A stretch of DNA of 64,000 nt from Thermoplasmata archaeon (lineage in GTDB: Archaea > Thermoplasmatota > Thermoplasmata > Lutacidiplasmatales > SKW197), in the NCBI GenBank assembly GCA_038874435.1, contig JAVZCK010000001.1, positions 154,255-218,254 of the forward strand. Direction: 5' to 3'. Under the pieces are notes generated by a model that was given only the letters and a program-made list of their open reading frames with translations, did not search any database and had not been told where the DNA came from. Below, one piece after another: positions 22,301 to 31,827 of the stretch. The translations under genes were made by a program, and so were the position numbers. The first letter of the stretch is position 1. Every line of letters starts with the position of its first letter.

Positions 22301-25300
22301 AACTGTATAGCGATGACAGTCAATGGTGTAGCAATTAATAATACCACCACTGCACTTCTCATCGGTTTTTCAAGGAATACGACAATCACAAACAATAACT
22401 TTTCGGATTGCAGATTCTGTGCAATTTTTATGCGAAATACAGAAAATGATACCATAAAATCAAATGTTCTTCTTAGAAATACCCATTATGGAGTATATTC
22501 AAATTCCGCCAACAATACGGAGATGGAATGGAATCTGGTCTCAGACAATGTGGATTACGGAATTTGTATCGTGTATTTCACATATGGAAGAATATCCAAT
22601 AATACTGTGCTCAGAAACAATTATGGAGGTATGGCACTCTTCTATGGTGGGAATAACACATTGCTGAATAACAACATTTCTCAGAATTACCTAGGCCTCA
22701 TTATAAGTAATAGCGGCTCAAACACAGTTACTTATAACACCTTCAGAACCAACATGAATTATGCAGTTCAAATTTATTCTGGATGTACTAACAATGTTCT
22801 GCATCACAACAATTTCTTCCAGAACAGAGGAGCGACTAAGGGAAATTCAGGTTTGAGTCAGGCCTATGATATCTCTGGGGCAAGCACATGGTATACTGGA
22901 TATCAGGGCAACTACTGGAGCAACTGGGATGGACATAACTGGAGCAGCTCAAATGCCTATCCTATTGATGGTGGAGTCGCTGCAGATTTCTTCCCATTGA
23001 AGCTGCCGACCAGGTTGCCAATAAGGATAAACAGCAATGCTGATTTTACACCTGCAAACGGGGTTAAAAGTGGAACTGGCTCACCCTGGGACCCCTACAT
23101 TATCTCCGACTGGGAGATTGACGGCACAGGCTATGGCTCCTGTATCTATATTGGGAACACAACCGCCTATTTCGTTATCAAGAACTGCTATCTCCACAAT
23201 GCAACAGGAAATGGTAATCTGTATTATGATAATGCCGCTGTTCAGCTGCGAAATGTGAAAAATGGAACTGTGAAAGAGAGCGTAATTTTAAACTCAACAA
23301 TCGGTGTTTACATTTGTCAAAATTCTGCTGGAATCACAGTACATAACAACACGATTTCTAATGGTGGTGATTTTGGTCAGGGTGTTTACATACAATCTTC
23401 AAGCAACAACACAATCACAAATAACACAATTTTTGACAATTACAACGGCATTTATATTGCATATTCTCCAAACAACACTATTGAAAACAACACAATTTAC
23501 AGTAATGGACAACATGGAATTTACATATATGATGCAGATAACAACACAATCCAACGAAACAATATTCATCATAACACCCAAGCTGGAATATACTCAAACT
23601 ATGGTGATAGCAATGTTATTCTCTTCAATGAAATCCATGAAAATAATGACGGTGTAAACTTAACCCACTCCACGTTCAACATTGTATCTGAGAACAATAT
23701 GTCAAACAACTTTGGATACGGGCTGTACATCTATGATTCAAACAATAATGTGATAAAGTATAACAAAATTCATAGTTGTGGCGAAGGAATCTTAATTGAT
23801 ACGTCGGATAGTATAACAATATTCCACAACAACATTTCCCAATCAGGCACTCATGGTCTCAGGTTTGCATATTCTTCAACTGGAACTATAGTTTTCTACA
23901 ACATTTTCTATGCCAACACAAATTTCGGCGTTTGTATTGCTGATGGAGCCACTGCCATCACAATTCATCACAACAGCTTCATAATGAACAACGGTGCAGG
24001 CAAGGGCGTTGTCGGTAATAATCAGGCATACGATGAGGTGGGCGGCAACTCTTGGTATGACGATACCGCGCAAGAAGGAAATTACTGGAGTAATTGGGAT
24101 GGCAAGGATTGGGGGACTTCAGACGCTTACTGGATTGGTGGTTATGAAACCTCTGACCACTATCCACTCTCCAAGCCAGTTCTTCCTCCACTTCACATCA
24201 ATGGAAATGCAGAGTTTGCCTATTACGCTGCGTTTTATGGTTGGGATGGCAATGGCACACCAAGTAATCCCTACAGAATAAGCAAGTACTACATAAATGG
24301 AGAGGGATTTGCATATTGCATATGGATAGAGAATACCACAGTGTATTTTAATGTTACAGATTGTGATTTACGAAACGCATCGCTAATTGATGACGACCCG
24401 CATGGCGCCGGGATTGCAATTTACAATGGTTCAAATGGTACAATTGGTTGGAATAATATAGCGAATAACTGGGTAGGTGTATTCCTCAACAATGCTTTGA
24501 ATTGCAGCATTGTTGAAAATAATTTGACGCACAACGGAATTGCAATTTTTGGTGATGCAGTTGAAGCATGGACTTCGCATGAAATTGATACTACCAACAT
24601 TGTGAACGGACAGCCAGTCTATTATTACAAGGATAGAGATTGGATTACAGTGCCGGAAGACGCAGGCCAGGTACTGATAGCGAATTGTACGAACATTATC
24701 GTGGCCAATATAACTACAGGAAATGCCACAATGGGTGTGGAGGCGGGTTTCAGCAGTGGGCTCAAGATAATGAACATGAGTTCATATTATAATCTGTTTG
24801 GAGCAATGATTGTGGGTTGTGATGACACCCAAATTACGAATTCTACTTTTGATACATCTTATGTATCCGGTGTTGAAATTCAATTCAGCACAAATGTTGT
24901 GATAGAGGAGAATGAGTTTAGTGCTACATTTCCTTTTGGCGACAAAGGAATCGGAGCATACCATTCTCTTGGTCTTCTAATAACAAGGAACGAAATTAAC
25001 AACATTCGTATAGGTATCCTATTTGAGACCTGTCCTCTCTCTCAGATAACTCAGAATGTGATAAATTATCGTGGAGAAAACTGGAATGATGCAGGCGTCA
25101 GAATATACAACTCCTCGTATGCATTTGTAGCTCAAAATCAGATAACCAGCATAATGGGAGATGGGTGCGGCATTTTCCTTGAGGCGACTGACAATGATAC
25201 TATTTCCAACAACGATATATCTGGTAACCCATCTGGATTTTCTGGTTCTGGGATCATTGTGGAATACTCGAAGAGCATTCGACTCTCAGAAAACATTGTT

Positions 25301-27598
25301 TACAATCATTTGCAGTATGCAATTTACATCACTGCATCCACCAGATGCGATGTGAGAGATAACAATATTTATAGTAGTTATTATGGTATCTTCGTTTATT
25401 CAGCGAATAGTAACAATGTTACATACAACGAGGTGATCGGGAACAATTATGGGATTCAGATCTCAAATGCCAATAACAACAATATCACATACAATAGCGT
25501 GACTTCCAATTCGGTCTATGGTATTGGTTTAGCATCTGCCTCTAGTAATAAGATTTTCCATAATGCGATTGCCCAGAACAATATCGGAATGTACATCTTT
25601 TCTTCCTCAACAAACAACAACATTACATACAATAATTTCAGTTGGAACATAGGTTATGGAATTAGTATTGTTCAAGGTTCATCTTCCAACATAATTCATT
25701 ACAACACCTTTATCGCAAACAACGGAGCTACTAGAGACGCTAATGGCAACCGCCAGGCAAAAGATGATGTGGGTGGAAATTCCTGGTACAATGGCACAAA
25801 CCAGAAAGGCAATTACTGGAGTAACTGGGATGGGGATGGCTGGGGCACAGCAAGTGCCTACCCGATTGATGGTATGGCGGGGGCAAGCGACTGGTATCCA
25901 CTCTCAGAACCGGCAATGCCAAAGCTTCCACGCCTTCATATTATAGGGAATGCAAACTTCAGTTACTTTGCGTCTATCTATGGATGGCTAGGGAATGGGG
26001 CAGCATGGGACCCCTACATAATTGACGGTTACGAAATAGACGGCGAAGGAGATTCTTACAGCATATGGATAGAGAACACGAATGTATATTTCATAATCCA
26101 GAACTGTAAAGTTTGGAATGCTACGAATATGAGTGCCAATCCGGGTGGCTCAGGAATGGCACTCTGGAATGTGTCAAATGGCACGATATACAACAACGCA
26201 GTGATACAGAATGCCAACGGCATTTATTTGAGCGTTTGCCACGGCAGTAACTTGATTGTAGGCAACAATGTACGAACAAACTCCGATGTAGGCATATCGG
26301 TTGATACCTGTGAGGATATTAGCATATATAGTAATGTTGTGGAATCAAACAATATAGGAATAAGTTTAGTATATTCATCATCCTGCACAATTTATGACAA
26401 TCATGTTACAGGAAATAATGGTAACGGAATTTATCTCTATGATACATCTACCTACAACTATGTTGGATATAACATAATAAACAGTAATAATAACCATGGA
26501 ATATATCTAAAAGAGGGCTGTGACTACAACATTATTGAGTATAATGATGTGGGCTCAAATTCTAATGGTATCTGTTTGGACCAGTCAAACTACAACACGA
26601 TTACAAACAATACAGTCGCAGGTAACGATGGTGGCATCTATTTGTCCTCCTCAAGCTACAACACAATAACAAACAATAATGTTATTAACAACAACCACGA
26701 TGGCATTCAGTTGGTTTCATCAAGCAATAATAACAACATAACAAACAACAATGCCTCTGAGAATCTTGCTCGTGGTATCTATTTAAATTCATCAAACTAT
26801 AACAAACTAACGGATAACACTGTCTCTGACAATTTGCAGTATGGCATCTTTTTGCAATCTTCAACTAACAACAACATAACAAACAACAATGCAGCAAATA
26901 ATAGTTATGGCATATATTTAGAGCAATCAAGTGCCAATATTCTCTCGGGCAACACTGTACATGGGAACGCATGGTATGGTATAATCATTCATGCTTCGAG
27001 CAATTACAATGTTGTTAAGAACAACAATGTTTCAAGTAACATAGGTTATGGGATTTCTCTATGGAATTTTTGCGGTTACAATAACATTTCTGAGAATTTT
27101 GTGGTCGGTAACAACGGTGTTGGAATTGGAATATACTATTCAAGCTATAATGACATCTACCTGAACAATGTTTCTGAGGGAAATGAGGATGGAATTCGTC
27201 TTTGGGCCTCCAGCAATAACAATAACATCACATACAACACACTTTACCACAACACAAATTATGGAATTAACATCACAGACAGCTCAACTGGGAACTACAT
27301 CTATCACAACTACTTCATCGGCAACAACGGTGCTGGTAAAGGTGTGTCAGGGAGCTGCCAGGCATACGACGAGGTTGGTGGAAACATATGGTATAACGGG
27401 ACCCTGCTGGAAGGCAATCAATGGAGTAACTGGGATGGTAACGGTTGGGGTACATCAAATGCCTATCCTATTGATGGTGGTGCCGGTGCAAGTGACTGGT
27501 ATCCACTTGGAGGGCCTGTGAACGAACTCTCTGTCCTACCAATTTTCGGCATTGTTATCCTAGGTATCTTGCTAATGAACTGTCGGAGAAGAAAGTGA
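16313..27598 (+). CDS. Giant membrane protein: degenerate KaiC-like domain + DUF835-like domain + TM + two IDG..DW domains + six NosD/PbH1 beta-helix modules + C-terminal anchor (ORF open from 16292)
   Basis: EGINKLVEEGIP start; IVDWY; LDCIETLILENGF; TM VVVGLVVVVIAISVFAFWLF; Asn-rich GIYL/NNTI coils; six GN[YQ]WSNWDG caps; terminal TM plus RRRK. Confidence 0.85.
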   Translation: MDARKIEIEGINKLVEEGIPADYMLLLQTDEGLETDLLVRQYIKEALTKGEICIAVLSESSPDDFKKLMSAIGINAETHEKNGTLYIVDWYSFRNERIIGVEEKGAIYKCSKSLTNVEIAISKILKKIEGKKFRVYSDILSNAIKVFGFETAFKFSQGLTARIKKYNGGALFKISKTMHEQKVISAFHSHFNGVLDIEHRREEERVVARIGIISLDNLFYETSYKKLGVSKTKGIIIMDEEEMKAKPKPVVKKVVKEEVAEEETAEEEGGEKIEEMKGSSVLIYEEDPKHIYKLYRQFLSEGMPGLCVSTTFPAKLKKLHKFDSEVLWISESSEKGAVKPGRMEFELMREVGNFLKNNKEGVLVLDCIETLILENGFDKVVKFLKKIGDMAAVNGNTVLAVINDKSMEQEKLYVLSKSFDMKITREELEKEAKKPKPVEVKPEVVPGAKEEVVSAEEEKPVVAPAVEKEEVKVEKEPEAVKEEKALVGREAFTNGLKKSVTAREAYTNGLGKRKPGYVNGLKKPGMRQRPAKVSRVKQVVVGLVVVVIAISVFAFWLFTIPSEKIKVDGNIDDWQGLAVYKDSEDFANPDIKITEYSIYYSNEKCYFYVKVAGTAFNGANSGYDTLVLFIDKDRNPNTGYRVENIGADAKIEISGFNGNIHTSSVAVFKEGSTSIKPELNYSAWESVGGVVVEKSGNIVEGSAKITGMTEPIGLVAMRHYEGSVYAEKRGMALVSKTEGSLVVYQNFIGNDVVYADADVLELRLIAKGKDVHVESISVANANVSLPKKDIAVNEEVVVSCKAKSLTNGKAFEFGVQSVDTNVPYRIVGNGGKAYFGSLPSGIVIDGAFGDWQGVEKGSDVSGDASQNIDLREYASAIASNAYFYMAVDGTMLAGCEIPVLGARPPVQPGPPTPVVIKENLGTDVARVYIDLMNSTINTFNPAMISHGYLIELQGRNGQVVSARAWKWENGVKAEEIQNPNIAHGLSDGKIEFSVAGSALAGLNNDTKFYFEMTNWLGEKDASEFAYRAGKIQRENTMANGGTRGTPHSPIHIIGDVGFQTEAQLNGWPGDGTQGNPYIIDGYEIDGGQAPALGMYGIWIENTNVYFVIRNCTVYNATNSGSAPYGAGIALNNVRNGTIENNKCNNSIYGIYLYGNSRFNIITNNNASSNSYGAHLNYTNNTILTFNTITNNGNYGLYVASYSTNNTIAYNNVSSNSNYGIYIYSYSTNNTIAYNNVSSNSNHGIYIYSYSINNTITNNNVSNNSKEGIRVESGCSYTKISGNNVSRNMGHGIFVYTITSYCSIERNTVFNNSWTGIYVNGNAGGYGYINISRNVVYSNGYGGYDYHGIFLYQCVACNVTENKIYANNNTGICIYYNSMGHNITRNNVSDNKGIGIYLRGSQTNNNKIMYNLFYNNSAEGVLISINAYNNVIHHNSFWKNNGSATRGVNGNPQARDIQDISLQNYWYDASTYEGNYWSNWDGSGWGTSSAYPVNGTWRYDMYPISMPVLYPLNITSNEDFAFYAMLYGWPGNGTKLNPYIIDGYYINGNGTLNCTYIANTDVYFVIRNCLLKNASLSDRIGIYLTDVKNGTLFNNTISNCWRGIYLYDVTDTTITENKIPGTSGNVGVRLENSYGNVIRRTHIYAVSSSGVLLSNSSFNYLSENKVNNTNYGLSLFSSSNNNIITNNNLSYNFYGIQVSASSYNNITYNWICNSTNYGVYIASGSSGNSIHHNNFIGNNGAGKGVNGNCQAYDDVGGNYWNKSIGQEGNYWSNWDGTGWGTSSAYPINGGSGGADWYPLSNRTFAPLHIVGNEEFVFYAKLYGWPGAGISANPYIIDRYYLNGNATGIPSSYNIWIENTNLYFRISNSTIRNATDNIASPYGAGIAFISVTNGVVDNNTVTNNVDGIYIKMSNGLNIKNNNISFNSETGIDIYECSYLTITGNTMYYDGIHLDGGQVSHWNTHMIQTTNTVNGKPIRYYSNQTGSAVDTLAGQIILANCIAMTVNGVAINNTTTALLIGFSRNTTITNNNFSDCRFCAIFMRNTENDTIKSNVLLRNTHYGVYSNSANNTEMEWNLVSDNVDYGICIVYFTYGRISNNTVLRNNYGGMALFYGGNNTLLNNNISQNYLGLIISNSGSNTVTYNTFRTNMNYAVQIYSGCTNNVLHHNNFFQNRGATKGNSGLSQAYDISGASTWYTGYQGNYWSNWDGHNWSSSNAYPIDGGVAADFFPLKLPTRLPIRINSNADFTPANGVKSGTGSPWDPYIISDWEIDGTGYGSCIYIGNTTAYFVIKNCYLHNATGNGNLYYDNAAVQLRNVKNGTVKESVILNSTIGVYICQNSAGITVHNNTISNGGDFGQGVYIQSSSNNTITNNTIFDNYNGIYIAYSPNNTIENNTIYSNGQHGIYIYDADNNTIQRNNIHHNTQAGIYSNYGDSNVILFNEIHENNDGVNLTHSTFNIVSENNMSNNFGYGLYIYDSNNNVIKYNKIHSCGEGILIDTSDSITIFHNNISQSGTHGLRFAYSSTGTIVFYNIFYANTNFGVCIADGATAITIHHNSFIMNNGAGKGVVGNNQAYDEVGGNSWYDDTAQEGNYWSNWDGKDWGTSDAYWIGGYETSDHYPLSKPVLPPLHINGNAEFAYYAAFYGWDGNGTPSNPYRISKYYINGEGFAYCIWIENTTVYFNVTDCDLRNASLIDDDPHGAGIAIYNGSNGTIGWNNIANNWVGVFLNNALNCSIVENNLTHNGIAIFGDAVEAWTSHEIDTTNIVNGQPVYYYKDRDWITVPEDAGQVLIANCTNIIVANITTGNATMGVEAGFSSGLKIMNMSSYYNLFGAMIVGCDDTQITNSTFDTSYVSGVEIQFSTNVVIEENEFSATFPFGDKGIGAYHSLGLLITRNEINNIRIGILFETCPLSQITQNVINYRGENWNDAGVRIYNSSYAFVAQNQITSIMGDGCGIFLEATDNDTISNNDISGNPSGFSGSGIIVEYSKSIRLSENIVYNHLQYAIYITASTRCDVRDNNIYSSYYGIFVYSANSNNVTYNEVIGNNYGIQISNANNNNITYNSVTSNSVYGIGLASASSNKIFHNAIAQNNIGMYIFSSSTNNNITYNNFSWNIGYGISIVQGSSSNIIHYNTFIANNGATRDANGNRQAKDDVGGNSWYNGTNQKGNYWSNWDGDGWGTASAYPIDGMAGASDWYPLSEPAMPKLPRLHIIGNANFSYFASIYGWLGNGAAWDPYIIDGYEIDGEGDSYSIWIENTNVYFIIQNCKVWNATNMSANPGGSGMALWNVSNGTIYNNAVIQNANGIYLSVCHGSNLIVGNNVRTNSDVGISVDTCEDISIYSNVVESNNIGISLVYSSSCTIYDNHVTGNNGNGIYLYDTSTYNYVGYNIINSNNNHGIYLKEGCDYNIIEYNDVGSNSNGICLDQSNYNTITNNTVAGNDGGIYLSSSSYNTITNNNVINNNHDGIQLVSSSNNNNITNNNASENLARGIYLNSSNYNKLTDNTVSDNLQYGIFLQSSTNNNITNNNAANNSYGIYLEQSSANILSGNTVHGNAWYGIIIHASSNYNVVKNNNVSSNIGYGISLWNFCGYNNISENFVVGNNGVGIGIYYSSYNDIYLNNVSEGNEDGIRLWASSNNNNITYNTLYHNTNYGINITDSSTGNYIYHNYFIGNNGAGKGVSGSCQAYDEVGGNIWYNGTLLEGNQWSNWDGNGWGTSNAYPIDGGAGASDWYPLGGPVNELSVLPIFGIVILGILLMNCRRRK
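19913..20056 (+). repeat. In-frame 72-bp tandem duplication (third degenerate copy follows)
   Basis: 19913-19984 and 19985-20056 differ at 2 of 72 positions and encode YSTNNTIAYNNVSSNSN[YH]GIYIYS. Confidence 0.9.
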
Positions 27599-27729
27599 TT
27601 TTTCTATTTCTCTCTATTTTTCGACATATGGTTGGTTTCATTAACAATCAGTTTCAAGTTAATCTTTTGTGGAAGGATAGATAAGATAATAAAAAAATTT
27701 TATATACCATCTCCTCTTCATTTGCGATT

Positions 27730-30700
27730 GTGGTAATGATGAAATTGGAGAGTAAAACTACGAAGAGTTTAGGGCTTAGAAATGGCAGAGACAACACCCG
27801 TGGTTTTACAAATGGGCTGACAAATGGTTTCACCAACGGGAATGGTTATAGGGCAGGAAGAAAATTGAAGAAAAGCAGAAGCCATGGCAAAGTTTTGGCT
27901 GTTTTTGTGCTTGCAATGCTTGTGGTTAGCGTTGTAGCGGTTCTCACATGGCAGAGCAGCAGTGCTGGTGCGATAAGGATAGATGGCAGTTTTGAGGACT
28001 GGCAGGGCGTTGAAAAGACGACGAAGAAAAGGGATTTTGGTGTGCCAGAGAACATAGACCTTGCTGAGTATGCAACTGCAGAAACGGGCAAGAATGTGGC
28101 ATTCTACGCAAAGGTGTATGGCAATTTGCTTGCTGGTGATGGTAGATATACAATTGAGGCACCCTCAGAGAACCCAGTGTATGTGGCAAATCAGAGGGAA
28201 ATGGCAATCCCAAATGCAAATGGCAGAGATGTAGCTTATGTGTTTGTTGACGCAGATAACAATCCTGCAACAGGTTTCAAACCATCGCAAAACTTCGCAG
28301 TGGGTGCGGAGAAATCGATAGAGATTGTGGGCAAGAATGGGAAGATAGAGGCAAGTAGGGTGCTGACATTTGCTGGTGTGGTGCAGCAGGAGTGGAATTG
28401 GCACATTGGAGAGAGTGTGGCTACAGCAACAAATGGCAAAGAAATGGAGACGATGGCAGGTAAGAATTTACTTGGTGTTGGTGAAAATTACGCAGTTTAC
28501 TTCTACATGATTGACTGGCAGAACATGGAATGCAAGCTGGAGAATGCGTTGCGGTGTGAAAATGCGAGGTTCACAATGTTTGGGCTGTATCTGTCTCCTC
28601 AAGCAGAAGTGCGGACCAGAGATGTGGGAATGGAAATAAGAGGCACACCACACGCAGTGATTCACATAAACGGGAATGCGGATTTTGCTACACAAGCAAC
28701 AAGTGAGGGCTGGCCTGGTGATGGAAGCCAGAGCAACCCATACATAATTGAAGGCTACGAGATAGACGCAAATGGCGGAAGTCATTGCATCTGGATAGAG
28801 AACACTAATGTATATTTTGTGATAAGAAACTGCAAGCTTTACAATGCGACAGATTCATCAGGTCTTTTCCCATATTCATCAGGAATTTGCCTAAGGGATG
28901 TACAATTTGGCAAACTAGAGGCTAACCATGTATATGGGACCTTCAGAGGGGTCTTTCTTGATTCTTCACACAATAACATCATAATCAATAACAATGCTTC
29001 CGGTAACACATATTATGGCATATATTTAACTTCCTCGACAAAGAATACTCTAACACTTAACAATGGCTCTTCCAATGGATATGAAGGCATTAGACTATCT
29101 TCATCGAGCAATGACAACCACCTTACAAACAACAATGTCTCTGGCAACTTCCAATATGGCATTCGTTTGATATCATCAAATAACAATAACATCACAAATA
29201 ATACCGTATCTACCAATGCCCAATACGGGATCAGGTTAGCATCTTCAAGTGACAACAAAATAACATACAATTGGATTTGCAACAATACAAACTATGGAGT
29301 CAACATCACGTCTGGTTCCACAGGCAACACAATCCACCACAACAATTTCATCGGTAACAACGGTGCAGGCAAAGGCGTTTCTGGCAATTGCCAGGCATAC
29401 GATGATTCTGGCGGCAACTTTTGGTATGACAGCGCAGCCCATGAGGGCAATTACTGGAGTAACTGGGACAGACGTAACTGGGGCACACCAAATGCCTATC
29501 CCATTGATGGAGGCGCTGGTGCGAGCGACTGGTATCCTATCAGGACGCATCTTCCAATACACATCAACGGTGACGCAGATTTCGCAAACCAGGCAGCAAA
29601 TGAGCACTGGCAGGGTAATGGAAGCCAGAGCAATCCCTACATTATTGAAGAATATGAGATAGACGGTGCGGGTGGACCATACTGTATATGGATAGAGAAC
29701 ACAACAGTTTATTTTACAATCAGAAATTGCACCGTGTTTAACGCTACATCTACCAGCAGTGCACCTCAGGGCACAGGAATTGCATTGAATAATGTTAAAA
29801 ATGGAACAGTGGAAAATAATATATGCTATAACTCAAGGTATGGCATTAACCTCTATGGAAATTCCCAGAACAACATAGTAACAAGCAACAATGTTAGTGG
29901 TAACCTCAACTATGGTATCCGTCTGTATTCGGCAAGCAATAATGAGATATCTAGTAATTATGGGTTTGGGGGTAGCCTTTGTACGGTCTATTTGTATACT
30001 TCCAGCAACAACAACATCACAAACAATGTTGCCAGTAGCAATACAAACTATGGCATCTACCTGTATGGCTCCGGCAACAACAACATAACCTATAACCACA
30101 TTTACGGCAATGCAAACTACGGACTTTATATTACATCTGCCTCCACTGCCAACAAAATCCATTACAATACATTTATTGGCAACAAGGGGGCAAGCAAGGG
30201 GATAAGTGATGGCAAATATCAGGCATACGATGGTGTTGGTGGGAATTTGTGGTATGACGACACCAAACAGAAAGGCAATTACTGGAGTAACTGGGACGGG
30301 AATGGCTGGGGCACCTCAGGTGCTTATTCCATTGACGGCATTGGTGGTGCAAGCGACTGGTATCCGCTTTCATTACTTCCGCTTTTACCTCTCCACATAA
30401 ACGGCAATTCCGAGTTTGTCGCGTTCGCCCAATTCTATGGATGGGCGGGTGATGGTAGTCAATCTAATCCATACATCATCGAGAATTACGAGATAGATGC
30501 GAATAACAGCAGATACTGCATTTGGATAGAAAACACGACAGTTTCCTTCTTGATCATAAATTGCGCTGTTTCCAATGCGACCGTTTCTGGCAGTGCACCA
30601 TATGGTGCAGGCATCGCCCTCAAAAATGTAACAAATGGAAGGATAGAAAACAACACATGTACTAATTCAAATTATGGAATTTACTTCTACAGTGGCTCAA

Positions 30701-31806
30701 ACAATAATGTCATAATTGGGAACAGGGCATTTGGCAGTACTAACGGCATTTACTTATATTTCTCAAGCAACAACACTATTGTAAACACAAATGCCTCTGG
30801 CAATTCATATTACGGCATCTATTTGTCTGCCTCTTCTAACAACACCATAACTAATAATTATGTTTCCGGCAACGATGACGCTGGCATTTACTTGGATTCT
30901 ACCTCAAGTTACAACAAAATAACTAGCAACATTCTCACAGGCAATACCATGGGCATAGGAGTATATTCGGGAAACTATAATACAATTTCAAACAACGATG
31001 TCTATGGCAACAATGGCTTCGGCATCTATTTGAGTGGTTCCACGGGAGATAATAACATTACAAATAACAGAGTTATCAATAACAGTTATTACGGGATAAT
31101 CCTAGAAGATGCACACAACAACAATATTCAGAACAATACAGTTGCTGGTAACCACATATATGGAATCTTCATGTATGGGTCAACCTTCAACAATATCTGT
31201 GATAACAATCTAAGTGGAAATTCAGGTCATGGCATCCATTTGTATTCTGGATCCAACTCTAATACAATTACAAACAACACAATCTCGGGTAATTCTTACA
31301 ATGGTGTTTGGCTGCTAGGAGCTGATGGAAACTACATATTCCTCAACAATATTTCAAACAACGGAGTATCTGGTATTTACTTGGGATACGCAAACAATAA
31401 CATTGTGACTTATAACTGGATTTGCAACAATGCAAATTATGGTGTGTACATTACTGATACTTCCACAGGCAACACAATCCATCACAACAACTTTATTGGA
31501 AATAGGCCACCAAGCAGGGAGATAAAACCAGGCACCAACTGTCAGGCATACGACGATGTAGGAGGCAACTTCTGGTGTGACAATACCGCGCAGGAGGGCA
31601 ACTACTGGAGTAACTGGGACGGCACGGGTACTGGAAGCGAACTTGCCTATCCAATAGATGGCGGTGCAGGCGCAAGCGACTGGTACCCACTTGGTGGACC
31701 TGTTAGTGAAAGTATCAGCATTCTCTTTGCGTTGCTAGTCAATGCAATGCTTGGCTTCGGAGTAATTTACCTACGAAAGAGAAAATTGGAAAACAAAAGT
31801 ATTTAA
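27730..31806 (+). CDS. Surface protein: TNG repeats + TM + IDG..DW domain + three NosD/PbH1 beta-helix modules + C-terminal anchor
   Basis: FTNGLTNGFTNG; TM VLAVFVLAMLVVSVVAVL; IRIDGSFEDW; three GNYWSNWD caps; GGPVSES-TM-RKRK. Confidence 0.85.
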   Translation: MVMMKLESKTTKSLGLRNGRDNTRGFTNGLTNGFTNGNGYRAGRKLKKSRSHGKVLAVFVLAMLVVSVVAVLTWQSSSAGAIRIDGSFEDWQGVEKTTKKRDFGVPENIDLAEYATAETGKNVAFYAKVYGNLLAGDGRYTIEAPSENPVYVANQREMAIPNANGRDVAYVFVDADNNPATGFKPSQNFAVGAEKSIEIVGKNGKIEASRVLTFAGVVQQEWNWHIGESVATATNGKEMETMAGKNLLGVGENYAVYFYMIDWQNMECKLENALRCENARFTMFGLYLSPQAEVRTRDVGMEIRGTPHAVIHINGNADFATQATSEGWPGDGSQSNPYIIEGYEIDANGGSHCIWIENTNVYFVIRNCKLYNATDSSGLFPYSSGICLRDVQFGKLEANHVYGTFRGVFLDSSHNNIIINNNASGNTYYGIYLTSSTKNTLTLNNGSSNGYEGIRLSSSSNDNHLTNNNVSGNFQYGIRLISSNNNNITNNTVSTNAQYGIRLASSSDNKITYNWICNNTNYGVNITSGSTGNTIHHNNFIGNNGAGKGVSGNCQAYDDSGGNFWYDSAAHEGNYWSNWDRRNWGTPNAYPIDGGAGASDWYPIRTHLPIHINGDADFANQAANEHWQGNGSQSNPYIIEEYEIDGAGGPYCIWIENTTVYFTIRNCTVFNATSTSSAPQGTGIALNNVKNGTVENNICYNSRYGINLYGNSQNNIVTSNNVSGNLNYGIRLYSASNNEISSNYGFGGSLCTVYLYTSSNNNITNNVASSNTNYGIYLYGSGNNNITYNHIYGNANYGLYITSASTANKIHYNTFIGNKGASKGISDGKYQAYDGVGGNLWYDDTKQKGNYWSNWDGNGWGTSGAYSIDGIGGASDWYPLSLLPLLPLHINGNSEFVAFAQFYGWAGDGSQSNPYIIENYEIDANNSRYCIWIENTTVSFLIINCAVSNATVSGSAPYGAGIALKNVTNGRIENNTCTNSNYGIYFYSGSNNNVIIGNRAFGSTNGIYLYFSSNNTIVNTNASGNSYYGIYLSASSNNTITNNYVSGNDDAGIYLDSTSSYNKITSNILTGNTMGIGVYSGNYNTISNNDVYGNNGFGIYLSGSTGDNNITNNRVINNSYYGIILEDAHNNNIQNNTVAGNHIYGIFMYGSTFNNICDNNLSGNSGHGIHLYSGSNSNTITNNTISGNSYNGVWLLGADGNYIFLNNISNNGVSGIYLGYANNNIVTYNWICNNANYGVYITDTSTGNTIHHNNFIGNRPPSREIKPGTNCQAYDDVGGNFWCDNTAQEGNYWSNWDGTGTGSELAYPIDGGAGASDWYPLGGPVSESISILFALLVNAMLGFGVIYLRKRKLENKSI

Positions 31807-31827
31807 TCCGAGAAAATAATTCAGTGC

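Noticed and set aside
19438..31700. AAC-rich repeated segments as a possible diversity-generating retroelement target
   Set aside because: No reverse transcriptase in the window and no template/variable pair differing only at adenines was seen; Asn-rich beta-helix coding explains the composition.
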